From Octopus sinensis (lineage: Eukaryota), in NCBI RefSeq assembly GCF_006345805.1, contig NC_043009.1, positions 14,446,001-14,510,000 of the forward strand: 64,000 nucleotides of DNA, read 5' to 3'. The position numbers and the translations under genes are program-made. This document shows, one piece after another, positions 43,843 through 56,700 of the stretch (position 1 is its first letter; every line of letters starts with the position of its first letter). A model generated the notes under the pieces. It saw only the letters and a program-made list of their open reading frames with translations. It had not been told where the DNA came from and ran no database searches.

Positions 43843-45007
43843 AGTTTGTGCCTATGTGTGAGTATGTGCTTATGTACAATCTAATAAAGCTTGTATAATA
43901 CAGATAGACATGATAAATTGGAACAAAATCATAGTAAATGCCATCACCAGAACTCGCCCATGGGGAAAACATTTAAAATAAATAAGTAGATATCATATAC
44001 AGCAATTTCCATCAGAAAAAGGAAAGAAGGAAAAAGGTAAAAGGAAACGGAATGAGAAATTTAGTTTTAAAGTGATAACAACATCCATGAATCAAAATTT
44101 CAGAAAAATAGTCACTTACACATAATTATTAAAAGCCATGCCAATAAAGATGAATAATAGAATAAATCAAAGAGTAATCAAATAGTATATACCCTCGCAG
44201 GTTCCTCTCTAACGGCAGCAGCTCAGAAGCCTCAAAAACTAATTATTTTATACATGAATTGGGGATATAAAGCCATTAATCAGGTTTCAATAGTAGAAAT
44301 TGTTTGTAATTATTAAATCGAAGTGTAACAAAAACTTCAAATCTGATGAAATGAGCAACAATGAAAAATATATAAATAGAGAAGAAACAAGCAAAATATC
44401 TTCCAAGGTTAATAAATGAATGATAGTTGCCTTGCGAAATATATAATGGAATTGTGTCAGTGATAAGTGACAGATTTACGACAGATGTTTTTGACATTTT
44501 ACAGTATACAGTACTATAAATGAAACGAAGCAATAATGAATTTACTTGTTTACTTCTGTGGTGATCATGAATCTCCTACCCTGTAATTATATATATCAGA
44601 CAGCGATGAGTACTCTAAAGTGTTAGACAACCATACAAAGCGTTTAGGTGTGAAGGCAAAACTCGGTCTACCTACGTACAATTGATTTTACAAACACACA
44701 CACACTCACACACACACACACAACACACACACACACAACACACACACACAACACACACACACACACACACACACACATAAATATTGTATATTTATCAGAC
44801 CAGCCTATGCTTTTTTCGCAGATTGTTTAATGGGCTAGGTGAATGACATTTCAAACTAATGTTAATGGTTTATAATTTATTATTTGTTCTCACGAGTGAA
44901 CATATTTGGGACAAACTGAAATTGTTTCTCAATTATCATGTTTGATGACACGTCTTACTATGCAGCATTCAAAAGCCAGATACTGTCCCAATAATATGTA
45001 TATATAT

Positions 45008-45421
45008 CTCTTTTACTCTTTTACTTGCTTTAGTCATTTGACTGCGGTCATGCTGGACCACCGCCTTTAATCGAGCAACTCGACCCCGGGGCTTATTCTT
45101 TGTAAGCCCAGTACTTAGTCTATCGGTCTCTTTTGTTGAACCGCTAAGTGACGGGGACATAAACACACCAGCATCGGTTGTCAAGCGATGTTGGATGGGA
45201 CAAACACAGACACACAAACATACACGCACACACACATATATATATATATACATATATACAATGCGCTTCTTTCAGTTTCCGTCTACCAAATCCACTCACA
45301 AGGCTTTGGTCGGCCCGAGGCTACAGTAAAAGACACTTGCCCAAGGTACCACGCAGTGGGACTGAACCCGGAACCATGTGGTTGGTAAACAAGCTACTTA
45401 CCACACATCTACTCCTGCGCC
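45008..45421 (-). mobile_element. SINE family A, full length
   Basis: Reverse complement of the 4510 consensus. Confidence 0.88.
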
Positions 45422-45823
45422 TATATATATAATAATAATAATATTAGGGAGTACATCCAAACTTACAGGGAAAAATTAGATTTAGAATTAAATATAAATT
45501 AAATTAGAGATAAAACCACTATTAGCTAAATCAAACAGTGAAAAACATAAACCAAAGCATAGAAATAACATTAATTAATATAATATACAAAATATATAAA
45601 ATATTAAATTCAAAATTAAATTATTTAAATTTAAAGTTAAAAATTTTTTAAATTAAAAATTATTAATTTTTATTTATAAACTTTCATATATATATATTTA
45701 TTTTTTTATTTTTTTATTTTTTTATTTTTTATTTATTTAATTATATATTTATTTAATTTTAATTTTTTTTATTAAATATAACTATAAAAAGTATTAAAAA
45801 GTTTAAAATAAGATAAAAAGTAA

Positions 45824-45923
45824 AACCAGTATGATCGTTTCATGCCCATAACCTAATTCGAATAACAATAATTTAAATTCAATTAATAATTCGAATTATT
45901 GTTATGGTCAATCTTCAGGTTAA
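45824..45923 (-). ncRNA. Degenerate hammerhead motif (left arm)
   Basis: CTGAAGA-ttgaccataac...gttatgggcat-GAAA-cgatc-ATA. Helix II is long and helix I is poor. Confidence 0.45.
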
Positions 45924-47058
45924 TGATAATATTTAAATAAATAATCAAATTTATTTAAACAATATTTTTTAAAGAAATAAATAAAATAATAATACAAAAT
46001 TATAGAATAAGACTTATTAAAATAAGTTTGGTAATGATTTAGTTATCGTAGTTTATTTAACTATTAGATTTAAAGTTTATTTGTAAGACTTTACTTAGCC
46101 AAAGAGATATAAAGATCGTCAATAGTAATACGAGATTTTTTAAAGTTAGGTTTAATGTATATACATTTATTGATTGCATAAATTTTAGTCTTTAATAATT
46201 ATGTTTGTTGATAGTTATTTTAAATATTTTATAATTGTTATTACAACTTATATATTGCTTTCTTCAATTGATAATTTGTAGTAGTATTTTTTCATTGATA
46301 AATATATTCGTAGTATTTATTGGATACTGTATAACTACGGATTGATTATTTCATTAAGTATTTTATTATTTCATTTTAGTTCTGAACTATACGGTTTTTG
46401 TAAGTTATTAATTAGCCAACAAGATATATAGATCATTAATTAGTTATAGCGTTCTTTTAAGATAGTTTGTTTGTTTGTATACAATTTGCTATTTCATCTT
46501 TAATCTTTTAATATATTTCATTAGTAATAATGAATAATTAGTTTATTAGGTTTTTATTATAAGTACATATATATTTATTGATAGAGATAATTTTAGATCT
46601 TAATTCTAAATAAGAAAGAAGTAAACAAAGGACCACTGATGCGGTCACAGGAGTGCATTGGTAATTTAGTTATTATTCAAATATTATATAATTATTTGAT
46701 ACGAAATTAAATTTAATAATATGAATAGTGATTATATATATATTTTTTAGTTTTTGTTAAGTATTTAGGTAATTAGATATTGACTATAACTGAGATTAGA
46801 TTATTTGTGTGTATATTATGTTTTTTAAAGCCATATTATATCTGAATAGATGAATACATTTTCCATCTGTTCTTACCTTAAAAATTAATAATTATTAATT
46901 AAAAATTAATATTTAACATTATCGATTGTATGACATAATCATAATCGTTAAAGTTTCTAGTTTGATAATAGAGTTTCTTATGAGAAAAAATATTATTTTA
47001 TTTATTTCTTAAAAAAATATTGTTCAAATATATTAGATTATTTATTTAAATATTATCA

Positions 47059-47159
47059 TTAACCTGAATATTGACTATAACCATAATTCGAATTATTAAA
47101 TGAATTTAAATTATTGTTATTCGAATTAGGTTATGGGCATGAAATGATCGTAGTGGGTT
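47059..47159 (+). ncRNA. Degenerate hammerhead motif (right arm)
   Basis: CTGAATA...ggttatgggcat-GAAA-tgatc-GTA. The consensus of the two arms restores CUGAAGA, GAAA and palindromic ACGAUCGU + A. Confidence 0.45.
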
Positions 47160-47658
47160 TTACTTTTTTTCTTATTTTAAACTTTTTAATACTTTTTGAT
47201 AGTTATATTTAATAAAAAAAAATTAAAATTAAATAAAGATATAATTAAATAAATAAAAAATAAAAATAAAAATAGATATAAAATATATATATATATATAT
47301 ATAAGTTTAGAAATATAAATTGATAATTTAAAATTAAAAAAATTTTAAACTTTAAATTTAAATAATTTAATTTTGAATATAATATTTTCTATATTTTGTA
47401 TATCATATTAATTAACGTTATTTCTATGTTTTCGTTTATGTTTTTCACTGTTTGATTTGACTAATAGTGGTTTTATCTCTAAAATAATATATATATATAT
47501 ATATTATATATATATATATATATTATATATATGTGTGTGTGTGTGTGGTGTGTGTGTGTGTTGCAATACTAAGACAACAAAATAATGAAAGAGACCTCGA
47601 TATTATGTAAATAGAAGAATGTATCTGTAAATATATGTGACAATTATACGGTAGCCAT

Positions 47659-47719
47659 GATAAAACTCCAAATTTCCGATGTTTGGTCGGAAACCCGTAC
47701 CGGCATCTCTTCAGTTATC
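47659..47719 (-). ncRNA. Degenerate hammerhead motif (left arm)
   Basis: gataa-CTGAAGA-gatg...catc-g-GAAA-tttgga-GTT-ttatc. Confidence 0.55.
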
Positions 47720-48342
47720 CGGCCATCGAAACATGCTATGAAAATGACCGTTAAATAATGGGAATTACTGTGTGTTTAAGATAAAAGAGCTATTAGAATG
47801 ATCGCTAAATAAGGGGAGGGAGTAAAAGGTGAAGGACTACAAATGCTCATTGCAATCGCGTAAGCGCGCATGTCAATACATACACATGTGCGCCCACACA
47901 CCCACGTACATGTGCCTATAGGCATATGCTCATCCACACTCACTTGAAACACACACACGCTCACCCACACATTCGCCAAAAGATATATTCATACCCGCAC
48001 ACATGCTTCCACACACACACACACAAAAAGGTTCATATACACGTCTGTATATGCACATGCACAAGAAAAAAACAGAGTGAAAGGCAAAATACAGAAAGAT
48101 ATGTGTTTCAAGTGAGTGTGGATAAGAATATGCATTTTGGCACATATAAGTGGATGTTCGGGCGCGCATGTGTATGTATGGACATGCGCCTTTAAGCGAT
48201 TGCTATGAGCATTTTTACTCCTTTGCTTTTTACTCTCTCCCCTTCTTAAGCGGTCATTCTAATAGCTCTTTTGTCTTAATAACGGGCAATCACATAGTAA
48301 TTTCCATTTGTTTGATGCCCATTTTCATTTTTTGAAGGCCCA

Positions 48343-48401
48343 ATAACTGAAAAGATGCCGGTGCGAGTTTCTGCCCCGACATCTGAAACTCGTAGTTTTA
48401 T
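48343..48401 (+). ncRNA. Degenerate hammerhead motif (right arm)
   Basis: ataa-CTGAAAA-gatg...catc-t-GAAA-ctcgta-GTT-ttat. Confidence 0.5.
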
Positions 48402-48484
48402 CATGGCTACCGAATAATTGTCACATATTATATATATATATATATTATATATATAATATATATATATATATATAATATATATAT

Positions 48485-48556
<72 letters not shown>

Positions 48557-48557
<1 letters not shown>

Positions 48558-48728
48558 CATCATTGTATTTGGGGAGAGTCATTCTCTCCTAGTGCCTTGT
48601 TAACGGCTATTTAAAAGGTTGCAAGACGCAACGAAAATTTTATAAGAAATAAGTAAATGAGTGGGAATCGGTGAATGTGTTAAATAATAAGGCACTAAAG
48701 GAGACTGCCTTTCCTCGGACACAATAAA
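48557..48728. repeat. Small imperfect foldback/MITE-like repeat
   Basis: cattgtatttggggagagtcattctctcctagtgccttgttaac pairs imperfectly with gttaaataataaggcactaaaggagactgcctttcctcggacacaata. A related terminus lies at 13583-13650. Confidence 0.55.
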
Positions 48729-48792
48729 ATATGTTTCAGCTCATGATTTCACATAAAGAACCTTGCAAACCAAACACAAAAACGAAATATAT

Positions 48793-48825
<33 letters not shown>

Positions 48826-49398
48826 CAAAATGGGACAAGAATGCAAAACATTCAAATAGACGATACAAAAAACGGACGGGTCATTCGAAATCTCTAATCT
48901 TCAGTCAAGAGAGGGATCATCATCGCAATTTCGGCTGATTAATCTTGAGATTGCTCCGATCTGGCCAGCCCCAAGGAAAAACTAAGCTCCGAGAATTAGA
49001 TTTCTTGGAAAAAGGATCGAATGTATACGAAACAAGGACAGAAAACGGACGATGTTACACGAATATAAATACAAAAAACAAAAAATAATACAAATATAAA
49101 TACAAAAAACAATGATAATAATAATAGCAGGACAAAACAACAGGCGTGTTTCGACTCTAGACAGTTGAACTTAGCTGGCGTATTTGAAAATTAATGCCAT
49201 ACGACAGACGAAGAATGCGATGTTGTCGTGGCGCTGGTCAGAAGCGGAAAGGCTATAGCCAGCGGTCACGTGAGAAGAGAAGAGAAAAAAGGGGCAAAGG
49301 AATTAAAGAGAGGGAGAAAAGAGAAATACAGAGACAGTGAAGTACAAAGTAAGAAAGACAGAGAAAGTGTGTGTAGAAGTCGTACAAAGTTTAGTGGA

Positions 49399-49451
<53 letters not shown>

Positions 49452-49463
49452 GGACGTATATAC

Positions 49464-49496
<33 letters not shown>

Positions 49497-49504
49497 ATAT
49501 ATAT

Positions 49505-50200
49505 ATACTAAGCAATAAAGGGTTTAGCAACGAATTGCCTTACCACATACCGAATTTAGAAATAGCAGTCAAAGAGTTATAGCTATTTCTTCTACTAAAA
49601 AGGGAGATCTCAGTAAAAACAGCAATTGGAAGGCAGACACAAACAGGTAAGAGATAATGAATTGACGGCAATCTATCATACAATTTTAAGTTATCTACGG
49701 ACGTACGTTTCGAAATCAAGTTTTTAGGAAAGGATAAGAATTAAATATTAAACAATTCTATCTTACCAAAACTTCTTTTCTCTTCAGCGTAGAATACTAT
49801 AATCATAAATGATTATATATTGAAGTTTGAGATACTAGAAGGCACCAACTCAACTCAGTATCAGAGCGAGCTAGAATCCGCAACTAGTATCACCAAATTC
49901 AATGTGTGAATGAAAAGATTGTGTCACCAGCCCTTTCCACCCGCGTGTAGCCAAAACAAGATGCTGTGGTCATCTACTGAGATAAAATATGGTTATCCGT
50001 AATAATGAAGGGTGAAATTAATTAATTTGGAATAATTATCAATTACACCAAGTAGTCTTCGGCATGTAAAAGCCTCATTCGAGGAGAATTTAAGTAATAC
50101 TAAGCAATAAAGGGTTTAGCAACGAATTGCCTTACCACATACCGAATTTAGAAATAGCAGTCAAAGAGTTATAGCTATTTCTTCTACTAAAAAGGGAGAT
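49505..50200. repeat. Exact 104-bp direct repeat (49505-49608 = 50097-50200), period 592 bp
   Basis: atactaagcaataaagggtttagc...ctactaaaaagggagat is identical in both copies. Confidence 0.93.
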
Positions 50201-50230
50201 ATGTATACACACACACACATATAAATATAA

Positions 50231-50948
50231 TTTAAAATAAGCAGAAAATGCAGAAAACTTTTGACCAACAAATAAATTGACCAACATCGGTTAATTATTT
50301 TTTAATACAAAACTTAACATTGCTTACGGCCATTTCGGCTACCAATATCAGTCGATGCCTACAAAGACAAATCCAAAAATAACATTCGTCATCATTATAG
50401 CACATTCGTTGGGGTAAATAGTAAAATCTAGGAAATAATCTAAAGAAACAATTTGTGGGTTATGTCTTTTTTACAGGTGTACCAAGGTGTATAAATAATC
50501 GTAAAACGAGTGCTAATGCTTTACTTTAGCTCTTATTTTATTTTACTATCATTTATACACCCTGGTACCCCTGTAAAAATAGATAACCCGCAAAGTAGTT
50601 CTCTAGATTATTTGCTTGTTTACTCGTTTGTCCATCTGCTTCAATCTCTACGTTGCAAAATGGTATGATTCTAATATATTGAATAGTCTTGCCTCATATC
50701 TAGCCCCTGTTCTTTCCTCGTTCCTCTTCCCTTCTTTTATTTAATGTATTTCTATTCACTCTGATGAAGCCCTACATATTAGATCGAATGTGCTATAAAG
50801 ATGACGAATACTGTCTTCGGAATTTTCTTTGTAGTCCACGAAATTATCGTAAGCAATATTAAGTTGTGTATTAAAAATAATTAACCAATGTTCGTCAATT
50901 TGCTAGCTTGTTGATCAAAATTTTTCTTAAATTTCTGCTTATTTTAAA
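50231..50948. mobile_element. Nested foldback element (outer and inner inverted repeats) with hammerhead remnant
   Basis: Outer arms 50231-50408 / 50785-50948 (diverged). Inner arms 50433-50506 / 50541-50613. Confidence 0.8.
50753..50858 (+). ncRNA. Degenerate hammerhead motif
   Basis: tattcact-CTGATGA-a-gccctaca...tgtagtccac-GAAA-ttatc-GTA-agcaata. The left arm has GAAA-tggcc-GTA-agcaat but lacks the CUGAUGA half. Confidence 0.5.
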
Positions 50949-51261
50949 TCTGATTCGGATAAACACATGTTTATTCTGTTATTTCCTGCACACTATGAGC
51001 ATAGTGCGCTTGTATAACCACGGCCAGGGTTAACATAGGTAATTCATACCGGTAGTAGGAACGAATATTCTTATCCCTTAGACAGTTATTCCCACCGCTA
51101 TCCCTGCTTACCTATCTATGTATATAGTTAATGTTAACCTTATAAATAGCCAATTACGTAGCGAAGACTGTGAAAGTAACCGTGATTTACCACTACGCTA
51201 ACAGGTAAAAACAAGTTTTATTATCTTATATATATATATTAGTATTATTATTATTCTAAGC

Positions 51262-51375
51262 TCCTTCTCCCCTTCTTCTTCTTCTCTTCTTCTTCTTCTT
51301 CTTCTTCTTCTTCTTCTTCTTCTTCTTCTTCTTCTTCTTCTTCTCTTCTTCTTCTTCTTCTTCTTCTTCTTTTTC
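51262..51375. repeat. (CTT)n microsatellite
   Basis: Direct reading. Confidence 0.95.
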
Positions 51376-51644
51376 TTCCTCCCTATCAAGAATTCACGAC
51401 GACCTCGAAACTACAAGAGTAAACAAGAGAGAAAGAAACAAGCAGAAACAAAGAAAATGCCACTTGTATTTGAACAGTATGCAAGAATTCTTTTAAAAAA
51501 ACCTTTCTTATAATCTTTCCAAAATTGAATTAAATCTTGGAAAGATTTTCCATACTTACAGTTGAAAAAGTCTCAATGACTGAAGCCGGTGCTAAAATGT
51601 TTTTTGTGATAAAATTATTTTGGCATTTTCTATCTTGACTTTTC

Positions 51645-51734
<90 letters not shown>

Positions 51735-51875
51735 ATATATATATATATACATATATACATACATTTATATATCTGTGCATATATATATATATGTACATAT
51801 ATGTGCTATACATATACGTATATATGTGTGTGTATGTATATATAGAATTATATACATATACATATGCATATATTA

Positions 51876-51971
<96 letters not shown>

Positions 51972-52803
51972 GCTTGGTATCCACTCCTTGCAGGGTAATT
52001 TTAACAGCTGGAATAGTACGCCCACATAAGTTGGATTTTATTCATCTTAATAGAGATTGTTCAAAATTTATTCCACTGCAACCACGCAAATGATAAATTT
52101 ATTGATCTCTTTCTTTTTCCGGATACATTTTGTCCAGATTTATTTTTGCACTACTCAGGCAAAACAATGCAGATTGTTTTAAATCATAGTTTTAAAATGT
52201 GAAGTGTGAACCTACAAATTGCTACTGTTTATAATTTCAAAATAATTGTCACACGTAATGATATTTAATTTAAGGAAGAATCATATCTTGTTTCTAGCAC
52301 ATCTAAGTATCACGTTGTATCTACTTTATCACTGTAACATATATTGATGTTTTTAAATATTTTTCCTCCTATAAACACATTGTATGGAGTGATGATGTGA
52401 CCCCACCCAATCGGATTAATTGAGTAATATGTGTACGTTCGTGACTCTTCGTGTCTGTATGTGAGTGTACTCGTGTGTGAGAAAGAAATATATTTACTGA
52501 CAGAAAGAAGTATATTTACTAACAGCAACAGATGCTATTGAAATAAATTATCTTTAAAATACCTAGTTTGAAATAATCTGTCACCCTAATAAAATTCCTT
52601 ACACACATGCATACATACTCACTGACACAAACACACACACACACATACATACAGTGTCTGCAATATACTTTTACTCAGCGTGAGTGTGGTAAAAATAAGT
52701 GCTTTAAACCTTACCATCAGAAAAGCGAAAAATTAAATATAGAGAGAGAGGGGAGATAGAGAAAGAGGGATAAAGAGAGAGACAGAGGGAGAGACAGACA
52801 GAC

Positions 52804-52842
<39 letters not shown>

Positions 52843-53142
52843 GAAAGAAAGAGAGAGAGTGAGTTCTATTCTATTGCTGTCATATATTCTGAAGTTTTAA
52901 ACATAAGTGAAAAATTTCAAATGTCGTATATTGATGTACTCTTTCACACAGAATCCGAGTGTGTGATTCATACATTCCAGAAAAGTTTTAGGAAAATCTT
53001 ACAGGGGTTAAAGTTTCATCTTTTTTACCCGATCAGAAACCTTGATCTGTGCGTAACATCTATCGATCATAAAATCGAAGTAAACATTTAACGACGAAGT
53101 TTAAACAAAACGAAAGCAATGCATGAGAGGTAATACATTTAA

Positions 53143-53174
<32 letters not shown>

Positions 53175-53337
53175 AGATAGAGAGGGGGAGAGAGAGTGTG
53201 TGTGTGCGTGTGTGTGTGTGCGTGTGTGTGTCTGTAATAATGAGTTTGGTAAAAATATAGAATGATGGTAACAAATAGAGAGTGGGAGAGTTGGCAATAA
53301 AAAGATGAGATTCTTCTCGTAGGAAATTATCATTGTA

Positions 53338-53349
53338 ATTATAATAATA

Positions 53350-53415
<66 letters not shown>

Positions 53416-53422
53416 GTAATAG

Positions 53423-53457
<35 letters not shown>

Positions 53458-53480
53458 ATAATAATAATAATAATAATAAC

Positions 53481-53557
<77 letters not shown>

Positions 53558-53565
53558 ATTATAAT
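53338..53565. repeat. (AAT)n/(ACT)n array switching to (ATT)n
   Basis: Direct reading. Confidence 0.93.
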
Positions 53566-53739
53566 TTACAGTTTCTCTTTCTCTTTGCAAAGAAGATTTC
53601 AAAAATGGAATTACTGTTTCTTCAGAACGCACCATCTATGCGGTGAGAACACACCGTAGTCTTTCAGGGCGAAACCCACATATATAACCACATACACTCG
53701 CACTTTTATATATATGCATGTTTGGGGGATAATAATAAT

Positions 53740-56700
53740 AATTAAACACCCCTCCCACGTGATGAGTGGTATGTGCTAGTTGTTATAAATACTAAGTTAT
53801 AGCAAGTCGAGTGTGTCAGTTGAGTAGTCAGTCGGGATAGTCGTGTCTTTATTTGTCTAACTAAATCTACTGCTATACTGGAGTGGACGTTATGAGAGTC
53901 CGACAGAGGATTATAACATTGGTAACGATGAATTAACAAACTCCCAAGAATTAAACAAACTCACAAGGAGTTACGAAACTCACAAAAGTTATTTTGTGCG
54001 AATTTTACGCTATACATAATCGTAAAGTTATGGAAGATGTGTTTGGCCGATTTGTTTGAGTTGCTAAAACAGCAACAACAACAAGTGAAAGAACAACAAC
54101 AGCAATTATCATTACAGCAAAAATTGCTACAATTAATGAATAGTAACTCTCAAAAAATGAAAGATATTCTCGCAAATATTATGTTGCAAACTCAATAACG
54201 GAATTTATGTATAAAACAGACGAAGGAGTTAAATTCGAGGTGTACTAGTGAAGGACCAAACAGATCTTCAATAAAGAGTGTACAGATTGCGACGACAATA
54301 TGAAAACGTGTCTAATCTTAAGAAAACTGGCAGCAGGAGAATATGAACGTAATTACGTACTCCCGAAAAAAAGCCTTCTCATATAAGCTTTAAAGGCACA
54401 ATAGACATATTGGGTAAAGTTTTTAACGAGAAAAGCTCATTGTTGAATACACGCTGGATTTGTTCGAACAGGACAACGAGGAGAACTACATCACATATAT
54501 TGGTAGAGTTAATAGAGAATGTGAAATGTTCAAGTATGAATTAACGTCAGATATGCTTAAGTGCTTGATATTTACACAGGGACTAACAGCAAAAAAGACG
54601 CAGCAGTAAGAACAAGAATTGTTGCTAAGCTGGAACAAATCCAAGCTGTAACATTACAACAAATGTCAGAAGAGTGAGAAAGAATGGTAAATTTAAGACG
54701 GAAAAAATTGAGCATAAATATTGCTCCCAAGTGAAATAAATACTAAAAGGTAGAATAGAAATCAAGTGTATACTAAAATAATGTACAAACAGGACAAAAA
54801 TTAAGAAACAAACCTAGGCTTTGCATGCGAAGGTCTATATCTGAGAAAAAAAATTCCCATTTAAGAAAGTGGAATGTTTCTGTTGTGGAAAAATTGGACA
54901 CGGAGAAGCGCACTGTGAACCAAAATAACAAAACATTGGAACAAGGAAAAAAGAATAAATAAGATGTCGAAAGAAAATGGTAATGTGACAAATCTGAAAA
55001 TTAAAAAATATAAAAATGAAAAGGCAGTTAGACACCGGAAGTGATATTACAGTTGTGAATGCATGAACTTGGAACTATATAGGTCGGCCGAAATTAAGTA
55101 AATCTACAAAAGTTGCACACGATATTATAGGTAATTTATAATTTGTTGGTGAATTTGTGTGTAATGTGACAGTTCGTGACCAAACGAAAAGGCAAAAGTA
55201 TATGTGTAAAAAATATAGTAAATCTATTCGGCATAGAGTGAAGTGGATGGAACTGTTCAAATTGGGGAATATGCGCTTAAGTGTTTTATGTGGGAATATA
55301 GTTAGCTGTTGCACGAAAATGTAGGCAAAAATTGTAGTAATACAAAGTGCGACACCTGTATTTAAGCCAAATCGGAATGTACAGTTCGCTGGCAATAGAA
55401 CAGGTAAATAAGGAACTCGAAAGACATGAAAGCTTAGGAGCAAACGAGATTGGGCTGCACCTACGGTTTACGTAAGAAGAAAAATAATAAGTTAGTTGTC
55501 TGTGCAGACTTTTCAACGGTTTTAAATGAATGCTTAGTCTCAGATAACTATCAACTGCCGAGTCCTGAGGAAGTATTCGCAAAATTGAATGAAGAGAATT
55601 CTTCTCAAGATTAGACATCTCGGATGCATATCTACAAATCCGAGTAGAAGAAGAATGCGTACACTTATTAACCATCGATACACACCGTCTCTTATTTAAA
55701 TTTAAGCAGCTTCCATTCGGTGTAAAAGTGGTTCCTTCTATATTTCAGCAAGAAATGGATACAATGCTGGGTAACTTCGCTATCGCATGTTTAGACGATA
55801 TTCCAGTAAAAAGCGAATTACACAAAAAACGTGTAGAACACGAAGGTGGGTATTCAAAAATATAACTGAGTACGGCTTCAAGATAAGTGAAGAAAAAATG
55901 GCGAATTTTTTCTGAAAAAGATTAAATGCTTGAGCCAGATAATAAATGAAAAAGATCTATCCAGAGCAACTGGGATAAATAATATGCCCACGCTGAATAA
56001 TGTGACTATACTACAAGCATTCTTAGTAAATTACTACCAAATTTTCACTTCCAATATAGCCAATGCAAGGAACCTGCTCAATGATTTGTTAAAGAAATAT
56101 ACAAATTGGTGTTGGACTGATAAGTGGCGGAAGGCATTTGACAAATAAAAATCAACGTAACATCGAACTTATCGTTAACTCATTTTGATCCAAAGTTGAA
56201 TATTATATTGGCTACATATGCGAGAGTTTACAGTGTAGAAGCAGTGTTTCTGCACAAATATGAGACTGGAAGTATAACGGCTACAGTCCATGTGTAACGA
56301 TCGTTATTATCGGCAGAAAGGAACTATACTCAAATAGAAAAGGAAGCGTTATGAATCATATTCGGTGTAAGAAAGTCCATAGCTTTATTTGTGGAGAGTG
56401 TTTCCGTCTACAAACGGATCTTCGCCCACTACTGTCAATATACGGTTCTAAAAAAGGAATACCAACACACAGCGAATAGACTACAGTGATGGGGCACTAC
56501 ATTATTGAATTACGACTACAAAATTGAATATTTACTCTAAAAACAAACTAGGGCATGCGGATGGTTTGTCTAGACTGACACGGAAACACTGTGAGCCATT
56601 CGAAGATACGGTAATAGCAGTTTTAAGAGCAGGAGGAGAAATAAAAAAAAAGTAAAGTGGAATGTGGTACGCGAATAACCGGTTCCCCTAGAAGACAAAG

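Larger units (their letters stand above)
45435..47482. mobile_element. 2-kb AT-rich foldback element: about 490-bp inverted arms, about 1-kb spacer, one-sided extension, degenerate hammerheads
   Basis: Arms are 45504-45991 and 46991-47482. The extension 45435-45503 is shared with 12647-12730. TA repeats flank both ends. Confidence 0.85.
47560..48428. mobile_element. Foldback element with about 320-bp diverged inverted arms, one-sided extension and hammerhead remnants
   Basis: Arms are 47633-47953 and 48102-48428. The unmatched extension is 47560-47632. (TA)n/(TG)n flanks both sides. Confidence 0.82.

Noticed and set aside
45504-47482. Mitochondrial insertion (very AT-rich, control-region-like)
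   Set aside because: No mitochondrial tRNA, rRNA or ORF is recognisable. The long inverted arms, HHR remnants and a terminus shared with 12503-12730 explain it better.
48865-49170. Two HHR-like fragments on the minus strand (CTGAAGA...GAATGACCCGTC; GAAACACGCCTG)
   Set aside because: The cores are non-canonical and helix I pairing is missing or weak.
50051-50084. ggc...gcc stem flanked by gaatga/gaag on the minus strand
   Set aside because: Both core halves are altered and there is no helix I or III support.
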